Source: an uncultured Collinsella sp. (GTDB lineage: Bacteria > Actinomycetota > Coriobacteriia > Coriobacteriales > Coriobacteriaceae). Taken from it: a stretch of DNA of 62,382 nt. A program made the position numbers and the translations under genes. The notes beneath the pieces were generated by a model. It was not told the origin of the DNA. It did not search any database and saw only the letters and a list, made by a program, of their open reading frames with translations. Shown piece after piece: positions 9,359-19,436 of this stretch (its first letter is position 1; the number at the start of each line of letters is the position of its first letter). The stretch lies in contig CAUGKA010000001.1 of assembly GCA_959599615.1 (NCBI GenBank), positions 1 to 62,382 on the forward strand, written 5' to 3'.

Positions 9359-10849
9359 ATGGGCCGCTACATCATCGGTATCGACCAGTCCACGCAGGGC
9401 ACGAAGGCGCTGCTGGTGGACGAGGGCGGCCATCTGATCCATCGCGCCGACCGCTCACATCGCCAGATTGTCAACGAGGCCGGCTGGGTGAGTCATGATC
9501 CGGCCGAGATCGCCGCCAACGTGCTGGCCGTGGCGCGCGCCGTGGTGGAGGAGACTGGGGTCGATCCGGCCGACATCGCCGGCATTGGCATCTCTAACCA
9601 GCGCGAGACCACCGTTGCCTGGAACCGTACGACGGGCGAGCCGCTGTGCGACGCCGTGGTGTGGCAGTGCGCCCGTGCCCGCGAGCTGTGCGACGAGCTG
9701 GCCGCGCGCGAGGGCGTGGCCGAGCTGGTGCGTGACACGACGGGCCTGGTGCTTTCGCCCTACTACCCGGCGGGCAAGATGGCTTGGATCCTCGAGAACG
9801 TTCCCGCGGCAGCCGAGGCCGCGGCGGCGGGCGAGCTGTGTCTGGGCACTATCGACGCCTGGGTGGTCTGGACGCTCACGGGCGGCGCGGAGTTCCGCTG
9901 CGACTGGTCCAACGCCAGCCGCACACAGCTTTTCGACCTGCGCCGTGGCTGCTGGAGCGAGCCGGTGTGCGAGGCTTTTGGTGTCGATCCGGTTTGTCTG
10001 CCGCAGGTGACCGATTCCGATGGCCTGTTCGGCACAACGGACCTGGGCGGCTTTTTGCCGGCGCCCGTGCCGGTGCACGGCGTGCTGGGCGACAGCCATG
10101 CGGCCCTGTTTGCCCAGGGCTGCCACAGCCGCGGCATGGCCAAGGCGACCTATGGCACCGGCAGCTCGGTCATGATGAACGTTGGCAACGAGTTCGTCGC
10201 CAGCTCGCACGGGCTTTCTAGCTCGCTCGCATGGCGTATGGACGGTGTGACCGAGTATGTGCTCGAGGGCAACGTGAGCTACGCCGGCGCCGTCAAGACC
10301 TGGCTGCGCGACGACCTGGAGCTCATCAACAACCCCGAGGAGGTCACCGACCTGTGCTATGCCGCCAATCCAACGAGCCGCGTCTACTTTGTGCCGGCGT
10401 TTACCGGCCTGGGCGCGCCGCACTGGGCGAGTGATGCCGAGGGCTGCGTCTTTGGTATGACGCGCACCACGGGCCGCGCGGAATTCGTAAAGGCGGCCGA
10501 TGAGTCGATCGCCTACCAGATTTTCGACGTGATCGATGCGATGGTCGAGGATTCGGGCGCGGCGCTTTCCGAGCTTCGTGTTGATGGCGGTCCCACGCGC
10601 GATGCGTACCTGATGCAGTTTGAGAGCGATCTGGTCGGCTCGCCCATCCGCATTGCGAGCAACGACGAGATGAGCGGTCTGGGCGCGGCCTGGGCCTGCG
10701 GCATTGCGCTGGGCATGTACACGCGCGACGTCGTTGACGTCTACGGCGCCCGCGGCATCGTGGAGCCTGCCATGTCTGCCGACGAACGAGCCAAAAAGAT
10801 CGCCGGCTGGCGCCATGCCGTCAAATCAACAATTGCATACACTGCCTAG
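9359..10849 (+). CDS. FGGY carbohydrate kinase, glycerol-kinase-like (candidate apulose kinase)
   Basis: IGIDQST, NQRET, WQC, SNASRT, GDSHAALF, TYGTG, PAFTGLGAP, VDGG. Confidence 0.85.
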   Translation: MGRYIIGIDQSTQGTKALLVDEGGHLIHRADRSHRQIVNEAGWVSHDPAEIAANVLAVARAVVEETGVDPADIAGIGISNQRETTVAWNRTTGEPLCDAVVWQCARARELCDELAAREGVAELVRDTTGLVLSPYYPAGKMAWILENVPAAAEAAAAGELCLGTIDAWVVWTLTGGAEFRCDWSNASRTQLFDLRRGCWSEPVCEAFGVDPVCLPQVTDSDGLFGTTDLGGFLPAPVPVHGVLGDSHAALFAQGCHSRGMAKATYGTGSSVMMNVGNEFVASSHGLSSSLAWRMDGVTEYVLEGNVSYAGAVKTWLRDDLELINNPEEVTDLCYAANPTSRVYFVPAFTGLGAPHWASDAEGCVFGMTRTTGRAEFVKAADESIAYQIFDVIDAMVEDSGAALSELRVDGGPTRDAYLMQFESDLVGSPIRIASNDEMSGLGAAWACGIALGMYTRDVVDVYGARGIVEPAMSADERAKKIAGWRHAVKSTIAYTA

Positions 10850-10912
10850 GCGGCTGCGCGGCACCCAAGGATTTTTCTGGGGATTAAAAACTCATTGATC
10901 CCCGTCCCGGGC

Positions 10913-10997
10913 AGCTCATTTGGGACAGGCCTTTTTTGACTGGTATGATTGGTGCGATCATTCGAACCAGCTAAAAGAGCCCCGTCCCAAATTGACT
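10913..10997. repeat. Imperfect inverted repeat pair enclosing luxS promoter
   Basis: agctcatttgggacaggccttttttgactgg vs ccagctaaaagagccccgtcccaaattgact; TGnTATGAT at 10941-10949; third copy at 31466-31495. Confidence 0.6.
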
Positions 10998-11013
10998 ACC
11001 GAGAGGATCTGCC

Positions 11014-11502
11014 ATGGAGCGTATCGCGAGTTTTTCCGTTGACCATCTGCTGCTTGAGCCCGGCGTGTATGTGAGCCGTATCGACCGCGATCCGGCGACC
11101 GGCGCCGCCGTCACCACGTTTGACCTGCGCCTGACCACGCCCAACAAAGAGCCGGTCATGAACACGGCCGAGTGCCACACCATCGAGCACCTGGGCGCGA
11201 CGTTCCTTCGCAATCATGCCGAGTGGTCGAGTCGTATCGTTTACTTTGGCCCCATGGGCTGCCGCACGGGCTTTTACCTGGTTGTCTTTGGCGAGCTGAC
11301 GAGCGAGGAGATCTTGCCGCTCGTACGCGAGCTGTTCGAGTTCGTCGCTGGCTTTGAGGGTGATGTCCCCGGCGCCGCTCCCGAGGAGTGCGGCAACTAC
11401 CTGGACCAGAACCTCCCCATGGCAAACTGGCTCGCGCGCCGCTATCTCGACCGTGACCTGGCCGATATCGACGAGAAGCGCCTGCACTACCAGCAGGCGT
11501 AA
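11014..11502 (+). CDS. luxS: S-ribosylhomocysteine lyase
   Basis: SFSVDH, FDLR, HTIEH, GPMGCRTGFY, CGNY motifs. Confidence 0.97.
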   Translation: MERIASFSVDHLLLEPGVYVSRIDRDPATGAAVTTFDLRLTTPNKEPVMNTAECHTIEHLGATFLRNHAEWSSRIVYFGPMGCRTGFYLVVFGELTSEEILPLVRELFEFVAGFEGDVPGAAPEECGNYLDQNLPMANWLARRYLDRDLADIDEKRLHYQQA

Positions 11503-11530
11503 GGGCTTTATCGTCCAAAACGCGCGCATT

Positions 11531-11565
11531 GGGCGCCTTCGCTTATGCGGGGGCGCCTTTTTGTT
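11531..11565 (+). terminator. Intrinsic terminator after luxS
   Basis: gggcgccttcgc..gcgggggcgcc followed by ttttt. Confidence 0.7.
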
Positions 11566-11646
11566 GAGTGGCCGGGATGAGCGTTCAAAATCGCTCATGT
11601 TTGTTCTAGAATGTTTGTATAGTCACATTTATGAACAGGAGTGAAC

Positions 11647-12291
11647 ATGCATATCTACTCTGTCAACGATCCCGAGTTCAAATCCTATGGCAACGTTTGG
11701 GATAACGTTCCGTCCGTGCTCACGTCGCCCGTGCTCGAGGCGCTCTCTGCCACGCCCATCCCCGAGGGCAGTAAGTACGTAGCAAGCGCGCCGGAGCTCG
11801 AGGGCGTCAAGGATGCCGACAAACTGGGCTTTCTCATGTTTGGCGGCCGCCCCTTCCAGTTCGGCTGGTGCAACGGCCACAACACGCGCCTCAACTGCCT
11901 GGAGTATCACCGCGCCAGCGAGTTTAACCTGGGTGCCCGCGACTTTATCCTGCTCGTGGCGCATCGCTGGGAGATCGAGGACCGCAAGCTCGACACCGCG
12001 TGCGTCAAGGCGTTCCGCGTGCCGGCGGGTACGGTCGTCGAAGTCTTTAACACCACGCTCCACTACACGCCGTGCATGGTCGACGATGGCGGCTTCCAGG
12101 TGATGGTTGCGCTGCCCGCCGGCACCAATGGTCCGCGCCCCGAGGCTGCAGCCGACATGCCTGCCGCCGGTGACAGCTACTGCTACTGGAAGGCCGACAA
12201 GTGGGTCCTCTGCCACGCCGACAGCCCCAAGGCAGCCGAAGGCGGCTACGTGGGCCTCGTCGGCAAGAACCTCGACATCGCCGTGGACTAG
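11647..12291 (+). CDS. DUF4867-like protein (ureidoglycolate-lyase/cupin-like)
   Basis: GWCNGHN..LN.LEYH..SE, TTLHYTP, LP.GTN, KW pattern; start may be GTG 11641. Confidence 0.7.
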   Translation: MHIYSVNDPEFKSYGNVWDNVPSVLTSPVLEALSATPIPEGSKYVASAPELEGVKDADKLGFLMFGGRPFQFGWCNGHNTRLNCLEYHRASEFNLGARDFILLVAHRWEIEDRKLDTACVKAFRVPAGTVVEVFNTTLHYTPCMVDDGGFQVMVALPAGTNGPRPEAAADMPAAGDSYCYWKADKWVLCHADSPKAAEGGYVGLVGKNLDIAVD

Positions 12292-12299
12292 AATCTTCC

Positions 12300-12440
12300 G
12301 TCTCGATCTGTAACATCTAGCGGGCTAAATCGTCTCTACCTGTTACAGATTGAGACAAACTGCGGGGGGCTGCCCGAAAATCTCGATCTGTAACACCAAG
12401 CCCGGTTTTGGCTGCCTACCTGTTACAGATCGAGACAAAC
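12300..12440. repeat. Two tandem ~60-bp hairpin units (TCTCGATCTGTAACA...TGTTACAGATYGAGA)
   Basis: Units at ~12300-12360 and 12381-12440 with conserved arms and variable loops. Confidence 0.8.
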
Positions 12441-12492
12441 CGCCCCAAACCACCACAAAGGTGCCTGTCCCCTTTGTGGTGGTTTGGGGCGG
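12440..12492. repeat. REP-like palindrome AACCACCACAAAGG..CCTTTGTGGTGGTT
   Basis: Long inverted arms; near-identical (reverse-complement) copy at 34418-34454. Confidence 0.85.
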
Positions 12493-12632
12493 CGGTATCA
12501 GGAAGTGTCAGGCAGGGGCGGCTGCCGGGCCGCCGTGTGCGAAAAGAAGTGTCGGCCTGCGTCGTTGCCGTTGAGTAGCGCGCTGCTTACGGGGATACTG
12601 AAACCACGACAAACAGCGTGTGAAAGGATTGA

Positions 12633-14066
<1,434 letters not shown>

Positions 14067-14096
14067 GGTTTCCCAACAACCATAGCCTCCTAACCA

Positions 14097-14137
14097 AGGC
14101 GCCCGGCGAGCAGTTAATGCCCGCCGGGCGTTTTGTT
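14097..14137 (+). terminator. Intrinsic terminator
   Basis: cgcccggcg..cgccgggcg hairpin followed by ttttgtt. Confidence 0.7.
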
Positions 14138-14150
14138 AAAAGAAGTGAAA

Positions 14151-14320
14151 GCACTCATTGGGGACGTACTTAAATGAGTGCCCGCAGAATGAGAGTGGAT
14201 AATCTCCCGTTTTTGGCCTGTTTGTGGGCTCAAAGTGGGAGATTATCCACTCTCGCCATTTGGGCGTCCAAAAATCCTCGCTCGTTTTGTCTTAATCATT
14301 GGGGACGTTCTTAAACGACT
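14151..14320. repeat. Mosaic repeat: GGGGAC hairpins + 64-bp GAGAGTGGATAATCTCCC hairpin
   Basis: Homologous copies at 29572-29745 and 36511-36610. Confidence 0.85.
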
Positions 14321-14407
14321 AGTCGCTGGCGACGTCCCTCGCCGTCGGCGGATTTTGGGACATGTGGCCCGCTTTTTGGGCCCGCCTGTCGGTACACTAA
14401 AAGCACT

Positions 14408-16291
14408 ATGGGTACCCGCGAGCGACATATCGGCCACGCGGCCGCCCGATCCGCACCCGTGGCGGATCCCAGGGGCGGCAGGCTCTTCGCCATGCCGCGA
14501 TTCCTTGTTGGTATAACGCATCAGGTGTACCGTCACCGCGTCTTTGCTATCGCCGGCGCCATCACCGTGCTGTTCCTCATGCTTTTGGCAGTCTTGCCGG
14601 CGTTGTTCGCCTCCGACCCCAAACTTTCCAACACCGTGCCCGCCTATAGCGAGGTGTCCAAAGAGGTCGTGGATGTGCTCGTCCACTCGAGCTCTCTCCC
14701 GCTGCTTGTCGCCGCAATTATATTTTCGATCTGGGGCGTATCGGTCTATCTGCGCTGTTTGGACTATGTGTTGCGCCGCCGCCTTGTTGCCGTCGCCACC
14801 ATCTGCGCCCTCTGGATGATTGAGGTCATCCTCAAATACAAGTCGTTCACACCGGTCTACGCCACGATCCTGTGGTACCTGTACTACGTGCCCATGACGC
14901 TCATTCCGCTGCTCTACCAGCTGTGCGGCCTGCGCCTCGCGGGCGTGGAACAGCACCGTATGGGGCGTCGCTATCGCAGCATCCTGTGGGTCGTGGCCAT
15001 CCTACTTATCGGTTTTGTGCTCACCAACGATTTCCACCGGCAGGTATTCCACTTTGACCGTGCAAGCGACACCTGGAGCAACGATTATACGTACGGCTGG
15101 GGCTATTTCGCCGTCTTAGTGTGGACGGCCTTTAACTTCGTGGCCTTTTTTATCCTGGTGGGCCGGTCCTCGTCCTTTCGCATCCAACGTTTCTCGGGCA
15201 CGGCGGCGCTTGTTTTGTTGGGTGCCGCGTTCTTTGCCATCTCGTATGCTCTGCGCGTGCCCTGGGCATGGAGGCTTAATTTTTCACTTGTCTACTGCGT
15301 CCTGTGCGTGGTGGCGATGGAAATCTGTCTCGATTGCGGTGTCATCCCGTCGTACCACGATATCGCCGGTATTTTCGGCACCTTGCCGCTTGACCTCAAA
15401 GTTCTAACGCGTGACCTGCAGGAAGTCTATGTCACGCCGGTGTCAAAGCCAATGCCGGTAGGCGTGCGTGAGGAGTTGCGGGTCCAAGAGCACGGGCACG
15501 CTCACGCCTTTGCCGTGGCGTCCGATCCCGATGTAATGTATCGCGCCTTTCCGCTGCTGGGTGGATCGGCTCTCCTTGCCCAGGACGTCTCGGAGCTCAA
15601 CGAACTCAATCGCGAATTGGCGCATCGTCGCATGGAGCTGCAACGCCAAAATGAGCTGCTTGCCGCCGACTACGACCTTAAGACACATTTGGCAGACCAA
15701 GAGGCCGAGACCTTACTGGTCCAAGACGTGGACCAAGCGCTTGCCCGTGCGCTCGAAGGGATGTACGACCTGCTGAGCTCGCTGCCGCCGTTGACCGATG
15801 AGGCATCTTCGCACGAGCGTTACCGCATGCTGCAGCGCGCCAAGATGCTCGTCGCCTATTGCAAACGCAAGGGGTCGCTCACGTTGGCACAGCACGGGGA
15901 GAGCGGTTTTGACCGCGACCGCATTCAGCTCATCGCCAACGAGCTTGCAAGTGACCTGCGCACCATCGATATCGATTGCGCCTCGATTATCGCCATACGG
16001 CGCCCGATGCACGCCAGTACGGTAAGCGCCCTGTACGACTGCGTGTATGACTTTGCGTTTTTTGCCTACACCACCGACCATCCGGCGCTTATGTATCACT
16101 TGGGCGACCATGACCGATGCAGTGTCGAGCTGCGCGCCACGCTTTTTTCCAACGATGATGAAGATCTTTCGCAGACGCCCGCTGCGCAAGAGCTCGAAAG
16201 CGCTCTGCAAGGGCGCAACGTGGCATACCGCCTTGAGGGCGAGCCCGGCCAGCTGCGCATGATCGTCTTGATGCCGAGGGCGGGTGAGTGA
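14408..16291 (+). CDS. Multi-TM sensor protein (HisKA_7TM-like N-terminus) with degenerate kinase region
   Basis: ~8 hydrophobic segments, WYLYYVP and LTNDFH motifs, coiled coil, AYCKRK; no H-box; alternative start ATG 14492. Confidence 0.7.
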   Translation: MGTRERHIGHAAARSAPVADPRGGRLFAMPRFLVGITHQVYRHRVFAIAGAITVLFLMLLAVLPALFASDPKLSNTVPAYSEVSKEVVDVLVHSSSLPLLVAAIIFSIWGVSVYLRCLDYVLRRRLVAVATICALWMIEVILKYKSFTPVYATILWYLYYVPMTLIPLLYQLCGLRLAGVEQHRMGRRYRSILWVVAILLIGFVLTNDFHRQVFHFDRASDTWSNDYTYGWGYFAVLVWTAFNFVAFFILVGRSSSFRIQRFSGTAALVLLGAAFFAISYALRVPWAWRLNFSLVYCVLCVVAMEICLDCGVIPSYHDIAGIFGTLPLDLKVLTRDLQEVYVTPVSKPMPVGVREELRVQEHGHAHAFAVASDPDVMYRAFPLLGGSALLAQDVSELNELNRELAHRRMELQRQNELLAADYDLKTHLADQEAETLLVQDVDQALARALEGMYDLLSSLPPLTDEASSHERYRMLQRAKMLVAYCKRKGSLTLAQHGESGFDRDRIQLIANELASDLRTIDIDCASIIAIRRPMHASTVSALYDCVYDFAFFAYTTDHPALMYHLGDHDRCSVELRATLFSNDDEDLSQTPAAQELESALQGRNVAYRLEGEPGQLRMIVLMPRAGE

Positions 16292-17787
16292 CGATGCAGA
16301 TTTCGCTCATCCTTCCCCAAATCGTTGCGCTCGATGTTGTCTTTGCCCTGGCTGCGTGTCTGCAGATGATCCACGTCCCGCTCATCGCATCGCGCCGCTC
16401 GTCCTATAACCGTAAGGTGATTTGCGCCTACGAGACGAGCCTTGTGCTTCACCTGATGATTTCGGCGCTCATCTTATTCGCGTCGTCTGGCTCGTATCTG
16501 GTGGCGCCGCTTGACGTTTGCGCTAGGGCAATGGGCGGAGTGCTGTGGCTCAATGCCGCGATCTTTGCCTATGGCGTGGTCCTTATGGTGCGCTATCGTC
16601 GCCCTGTCATGCTGGCCGAGCTGCTGCTTGTTGGCGCCGTGACACCGCCGGTGGTTTTTGCCATGGGCTCGGTGTGGGCCGTTGTCCTTATCGCAGAGGG
16701 AGCGTTCTTCCTGTTCCGTTCCGTCGCGGCGCTCTTGATGGACGTCCGTAACCGCCAAGAGGATATCACCGCGTTCTCGACGATTGAAACCATCAACGTG
16801 ATTCCCGTGGGCATCCTGTATCTGGACTCGAGGGGCCGTCCACTGCTCATGAACCGCTGCATGCGCAAAAACCTGGCGGAGCTTCATATGCACACCGACC
16901 TAGGCGATATGAGCGGTACATGGAACGACCTGCGCAAGCTCAGCATGCAAATGCCCGAAGGCGGTAAGAACCGCGTGCGGATCAACCTGGACCGCTTTGG
17001 TGAGGCGCGTGCGGTGGTCGAGGTTTCTCCCGCCGAGATTCGCTTGTTTGTGCACGATGACGTTATGGTTTCTGGCCGCCTCTTCGAGCGCATTATCGGT
17101 TTGGATGTAACAGAGTACGCGCATGCTCACGATCGTTTGGCGCAAACCAACCACCTGCTTGAGCTCGCGGGTCAAGAGCTCCAGGCCCAGATCGAGGAAG
17201 TCAAAAAAGTTGCCGACAATGCGGCCTATCTGCGTATGCGCGCTCGCGTGCACGACGTGATCGGGCAGCGCCTGTCCATCCTCCATCGCTATTTGGAGGA
17301 GGGACGCCTGGACGACGAGTCGCTCGAGCAGATCGATCCGTTGCTGCGCTCGATCGCCGTCGACCTGCGCAGTGGCGGCGCCAGTGAGCCGGCGGAGCAG
17401 TTGGGTGATATCGTCCATGCTTTTGGCCTGGTGAGTGTGCAGATCGATGTTGAGGGTGCGCTGCCTGAGGACGCGCGTGTCGCCGCCGCATTTTTGCAGA
17501 TTATCCGCGAGGCCTCGACCAATGCCACCAAACATGCGCAGGCGCATCGGGTCCATGTGCGCTTCTGGCAGGAGGGGACGGATGCTGACGCCGTCGCGCG
17601 CATGACGATTTCTAACGACGGGTCTCCGGCCCCCGTATCGTATCGCGAGGGAACGGGTATCCCAGGTATGAGGCATGTCGCGCAAGATCTGGGTGGCAGC
17701 CTAGAGGTCCACGCCACCCCGCCCTTTACGCTTACGGTATCCATTCCGCTTAACGCCAACGACACCTCCCAAAGGAGAAACTCATGA
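16288..17787 (+). CDS. Sensor histidine kinase (HisKA_3/NarX type)
   Basis: TM N-terminus, RVHDVIGQRLS H-box, REASTNATKHA N-box, NDG, GTGIPGM. Confidence 0.88.
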   Translation: MTMQISLILPQIVALDVVFALAACLQMIHVPLIASRRSSYNRKVICAYETSLVLHLMISALILFASSGSYLVAPLDVCARAMGGVLWLNAAIFAYGVVLMVRYRRPVMLAELLLVGAVTPPVVFAMGSVWAVVLIAEGAFFLFRSVAALLMDVRNRQEDITAFSTIETINVIPVGILYLDSRGRPLLMNRCMRKNLAELHMHTDLGDMSGTWNDLRKLSMQMPEGGKNRVRINLDRFGEARAVVEVSPAEIRLFVHDDVMVSGRLFERIIGLDVTEYAHAHDRLAQTNHLLELAGQELQAQIEEVKKVADNAAYLRMRARVHDVIGQRLSILHRYLEEGRLDDESLEQIDPLLRSIAVDLRSGGASEPAEQLGDIVHAFGLVSVQIDVEGALPEDARVAAAFLQIIREASTNATKHAQAHRVHVRFWQEGTDADAVARMTISNDGSPAPVSYREGTGIPGMRHVAQDLGGSLEVHATPPFTLTVSIPLNANDTSQRRNS

Positions 17788-18404
17788 TCCGCGTGTTAAT
17801 TGTCGAAGATCAGGCCATCCTGCGCGAGAGCCTGGCGCGCTCCGTTGGCGATCAGCCCGATATGACCGTCGTTGCCGCGATCGCCGATGCCTCCGAGGCC
17901 TTGGGTGTCGCGCTCAAGGAGCGTCCGGACATGATACTGATGGATGTGTGCACCGAGCACGATTCCAACGGCATCGTGGCGGCGGCGCGCATCAAAGAAC
18001 AACTGCCCGAGTGTCGCATCATTATCATGACAGGCATGCCCGAGATCACCTTTGTCGATCAGGCCCGCGAGGCGGGCGTCGATAGCTTTGTGTACAAGAA
18101 CGTCGGTATCGACGAGCTGTTCGCCGTGATGCGCTCCACGCTGGCGGGTTACTGCACGTTTCCCAAGCCGCCCGAGAGCATCTTCTCGGGCACGGCGGCC
18201 CTCGACGATGTCGAGCTGTCGATCTTGCGCCTTGCCTGCGAGGGTAAAAGCCGCCGCGAGATTGCGGCCGAGCTGTTTATGAGCGAGGGCACCATCAAGC
18301 GCCGCATCTCGGAGATCCTGAGCAAGACCGGCTACGACAACATCATGCGTCTGGCCGTACATGCGGTGACCGAGGGCAGCATCGTTCCCAACATAGAGCG
18401 CTAG
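17784..18404 (+). CDS. NarL/LuxR-family response regulator
   Basis: VLIVED, LMDV, FVYK receiver motifs; EIAAELFMSEGTIK HTH; ATGA overlap. Confidence 0.92.
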   Translation: MIRVLIVEDQAILRESLARSVGDQPDMTVVAAIADASEALGVALKERPDMILMDVCTEHDSNGIVAAARIKEQLPECRIIIMTGMPEITFVDQAREAGVDSFVYKNVGIDELFAVMRSTLAGYCTFPKPPESIFSGTAALDDVELSILRLACEGKSRREIAAELFMSEGTIKRRISEILSKTGYDNIMRLAVHAVTEGSIVPNIER

Positions 18405-18430
18405 CGCTCGTTGCGCATCGGCATAAAAGC

Positions 18431-18465
18431 GACGGGGCCGCAGGATCATCTCCTGCGGCCCCGTC
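18431..18465. terminator. Hairpin between convergent genes
   Basis: gacggggccgcagga-tcatc-tcctgcggccccgtc. Confidence 0.65.
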
Positions 18466-18513
18466 TGGTGTGCGCGGATGTGTCCGCCAATCCGCGGCTG
18501 TCGTGGTCTACCG

Positions 18514-19356
18514 CTACGCGATGGTTGCGCTGTAGGAGGCGACGTCCTCGTAGGAATCGGTCAGGTAGGCGTCGATGCCGATGGTCGTGTTGACCAGGTC
18601 GTCAAGGCTATCGAGCGTGCCGTTCGAGAACGTGAATTCCTCAGTGGCGTTGGTGCCGGGCATCAGGTGAGCCGAGAACCAGGGTTCCTTCATGGTGCCG
18701 TTGACGTTGGTCTTGCCGCTGGGGGCGTAGAAGGTCAGGTCCTTGTCGCTCTTGTTGGTGATGTTGACGACAAAACCGATGTCGCCCCACTCGTCCTTGA
18801 ACTTCTCGGTGATGGTAATGGTGCACAGGTCGTCATCGGCAACGGTGACGGCGGGGGAGATTTCAATCTTCTGGACGTCGTCGTCTTCGACGGCCTCGTC
18901 GATCTCTTCTTCCTTCTCGGCCGCCTCGCGATCCTTCTTCACCGTGCCGGACAGGTCCTTGTCGGACTTGGTAAAGACAAGATTGCCGTCATCCTCTTCG
19001 AGGATGAGCTTGCCGTCCTTGAGGTTCATGTCATGCGACTCGTCTTCGGCGGTGATGGTTACGGTGGTGGCGTCTTTTGCCTCCCATTTAAGGTCGACGA
19101 CTTCAAGGAACAGGTCGAGGGCACCTGTACCGTCCTCATCGAGAATCAGGACGCAGTGCACACCCCAATCCTCGAGCATCTTCATGTACTCATCGGTCAG
19201 CTCTTCGCCCTCCATGGTTCCACCCGAGAGTTCCCAGCTGCCGACGAAGTTGGCCTTGGGGTCTTTGCCGCCGCCGCTGCAGCCCGTCAGGGCAAAGGCG
19301 AGCGCAAGGACGCATGTCAGAAATGCGAGTACGGACTTTTTGAACGTTGTCTTCAT
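18514..19356 (-). CDS. Acidic lipoprotein, two-domain, unknown function
   Basis: Start MKTTFKK with AAGGAG RBS, lipobox LTGC, FVGSWEL. Confidence 0.8.
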   Translation of the reverse strand: MKTTFKKSVLAFLTCVLALAFALTGCSGGGKDPKANFVGSWELSGGTMEGEELTDEYMKMLEDWGVHCVLILDEDGTGALDLFLEVVDLKWEAKDATTVTITAEDESHDMNLKDGKLILEEDDGNLVFTKSDKDLSGTVKKDREAAEKEEEIDEAVEDDDVQKIEISPAVTVADDDLCTITITEKFKDEWGDIGFVVNITNKSDKDLTFYAPSGKTNVNGTMKEPWFSAHLMPGTNATEEFTFSNGTLDSLDDLVNTTIGIDAYLTDSYEDVASYSATIA

Positions 19357-19436
19357 GGTGTCCTCCTTTATCGAACGAAACCCATAGAAGCAAATGCGGG
19401 GGTGGCGGATCCCCCGCCAATTACCAGATAGAGGGG

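Noticed and set aside
9359..10849. Plain glycerol kinase glpK
   Set aside because: DQST/WQC/GDSH variants differ from GlpK DQGT/WQD/GDQQ; no glpF/glpD; context is isomerase + transketolase
12300..12492. CRISPR or attC array
   Set aside because: Only two units, each an inverted-arm hairpin; no regular repeat-spacer period, cas gene or integrase
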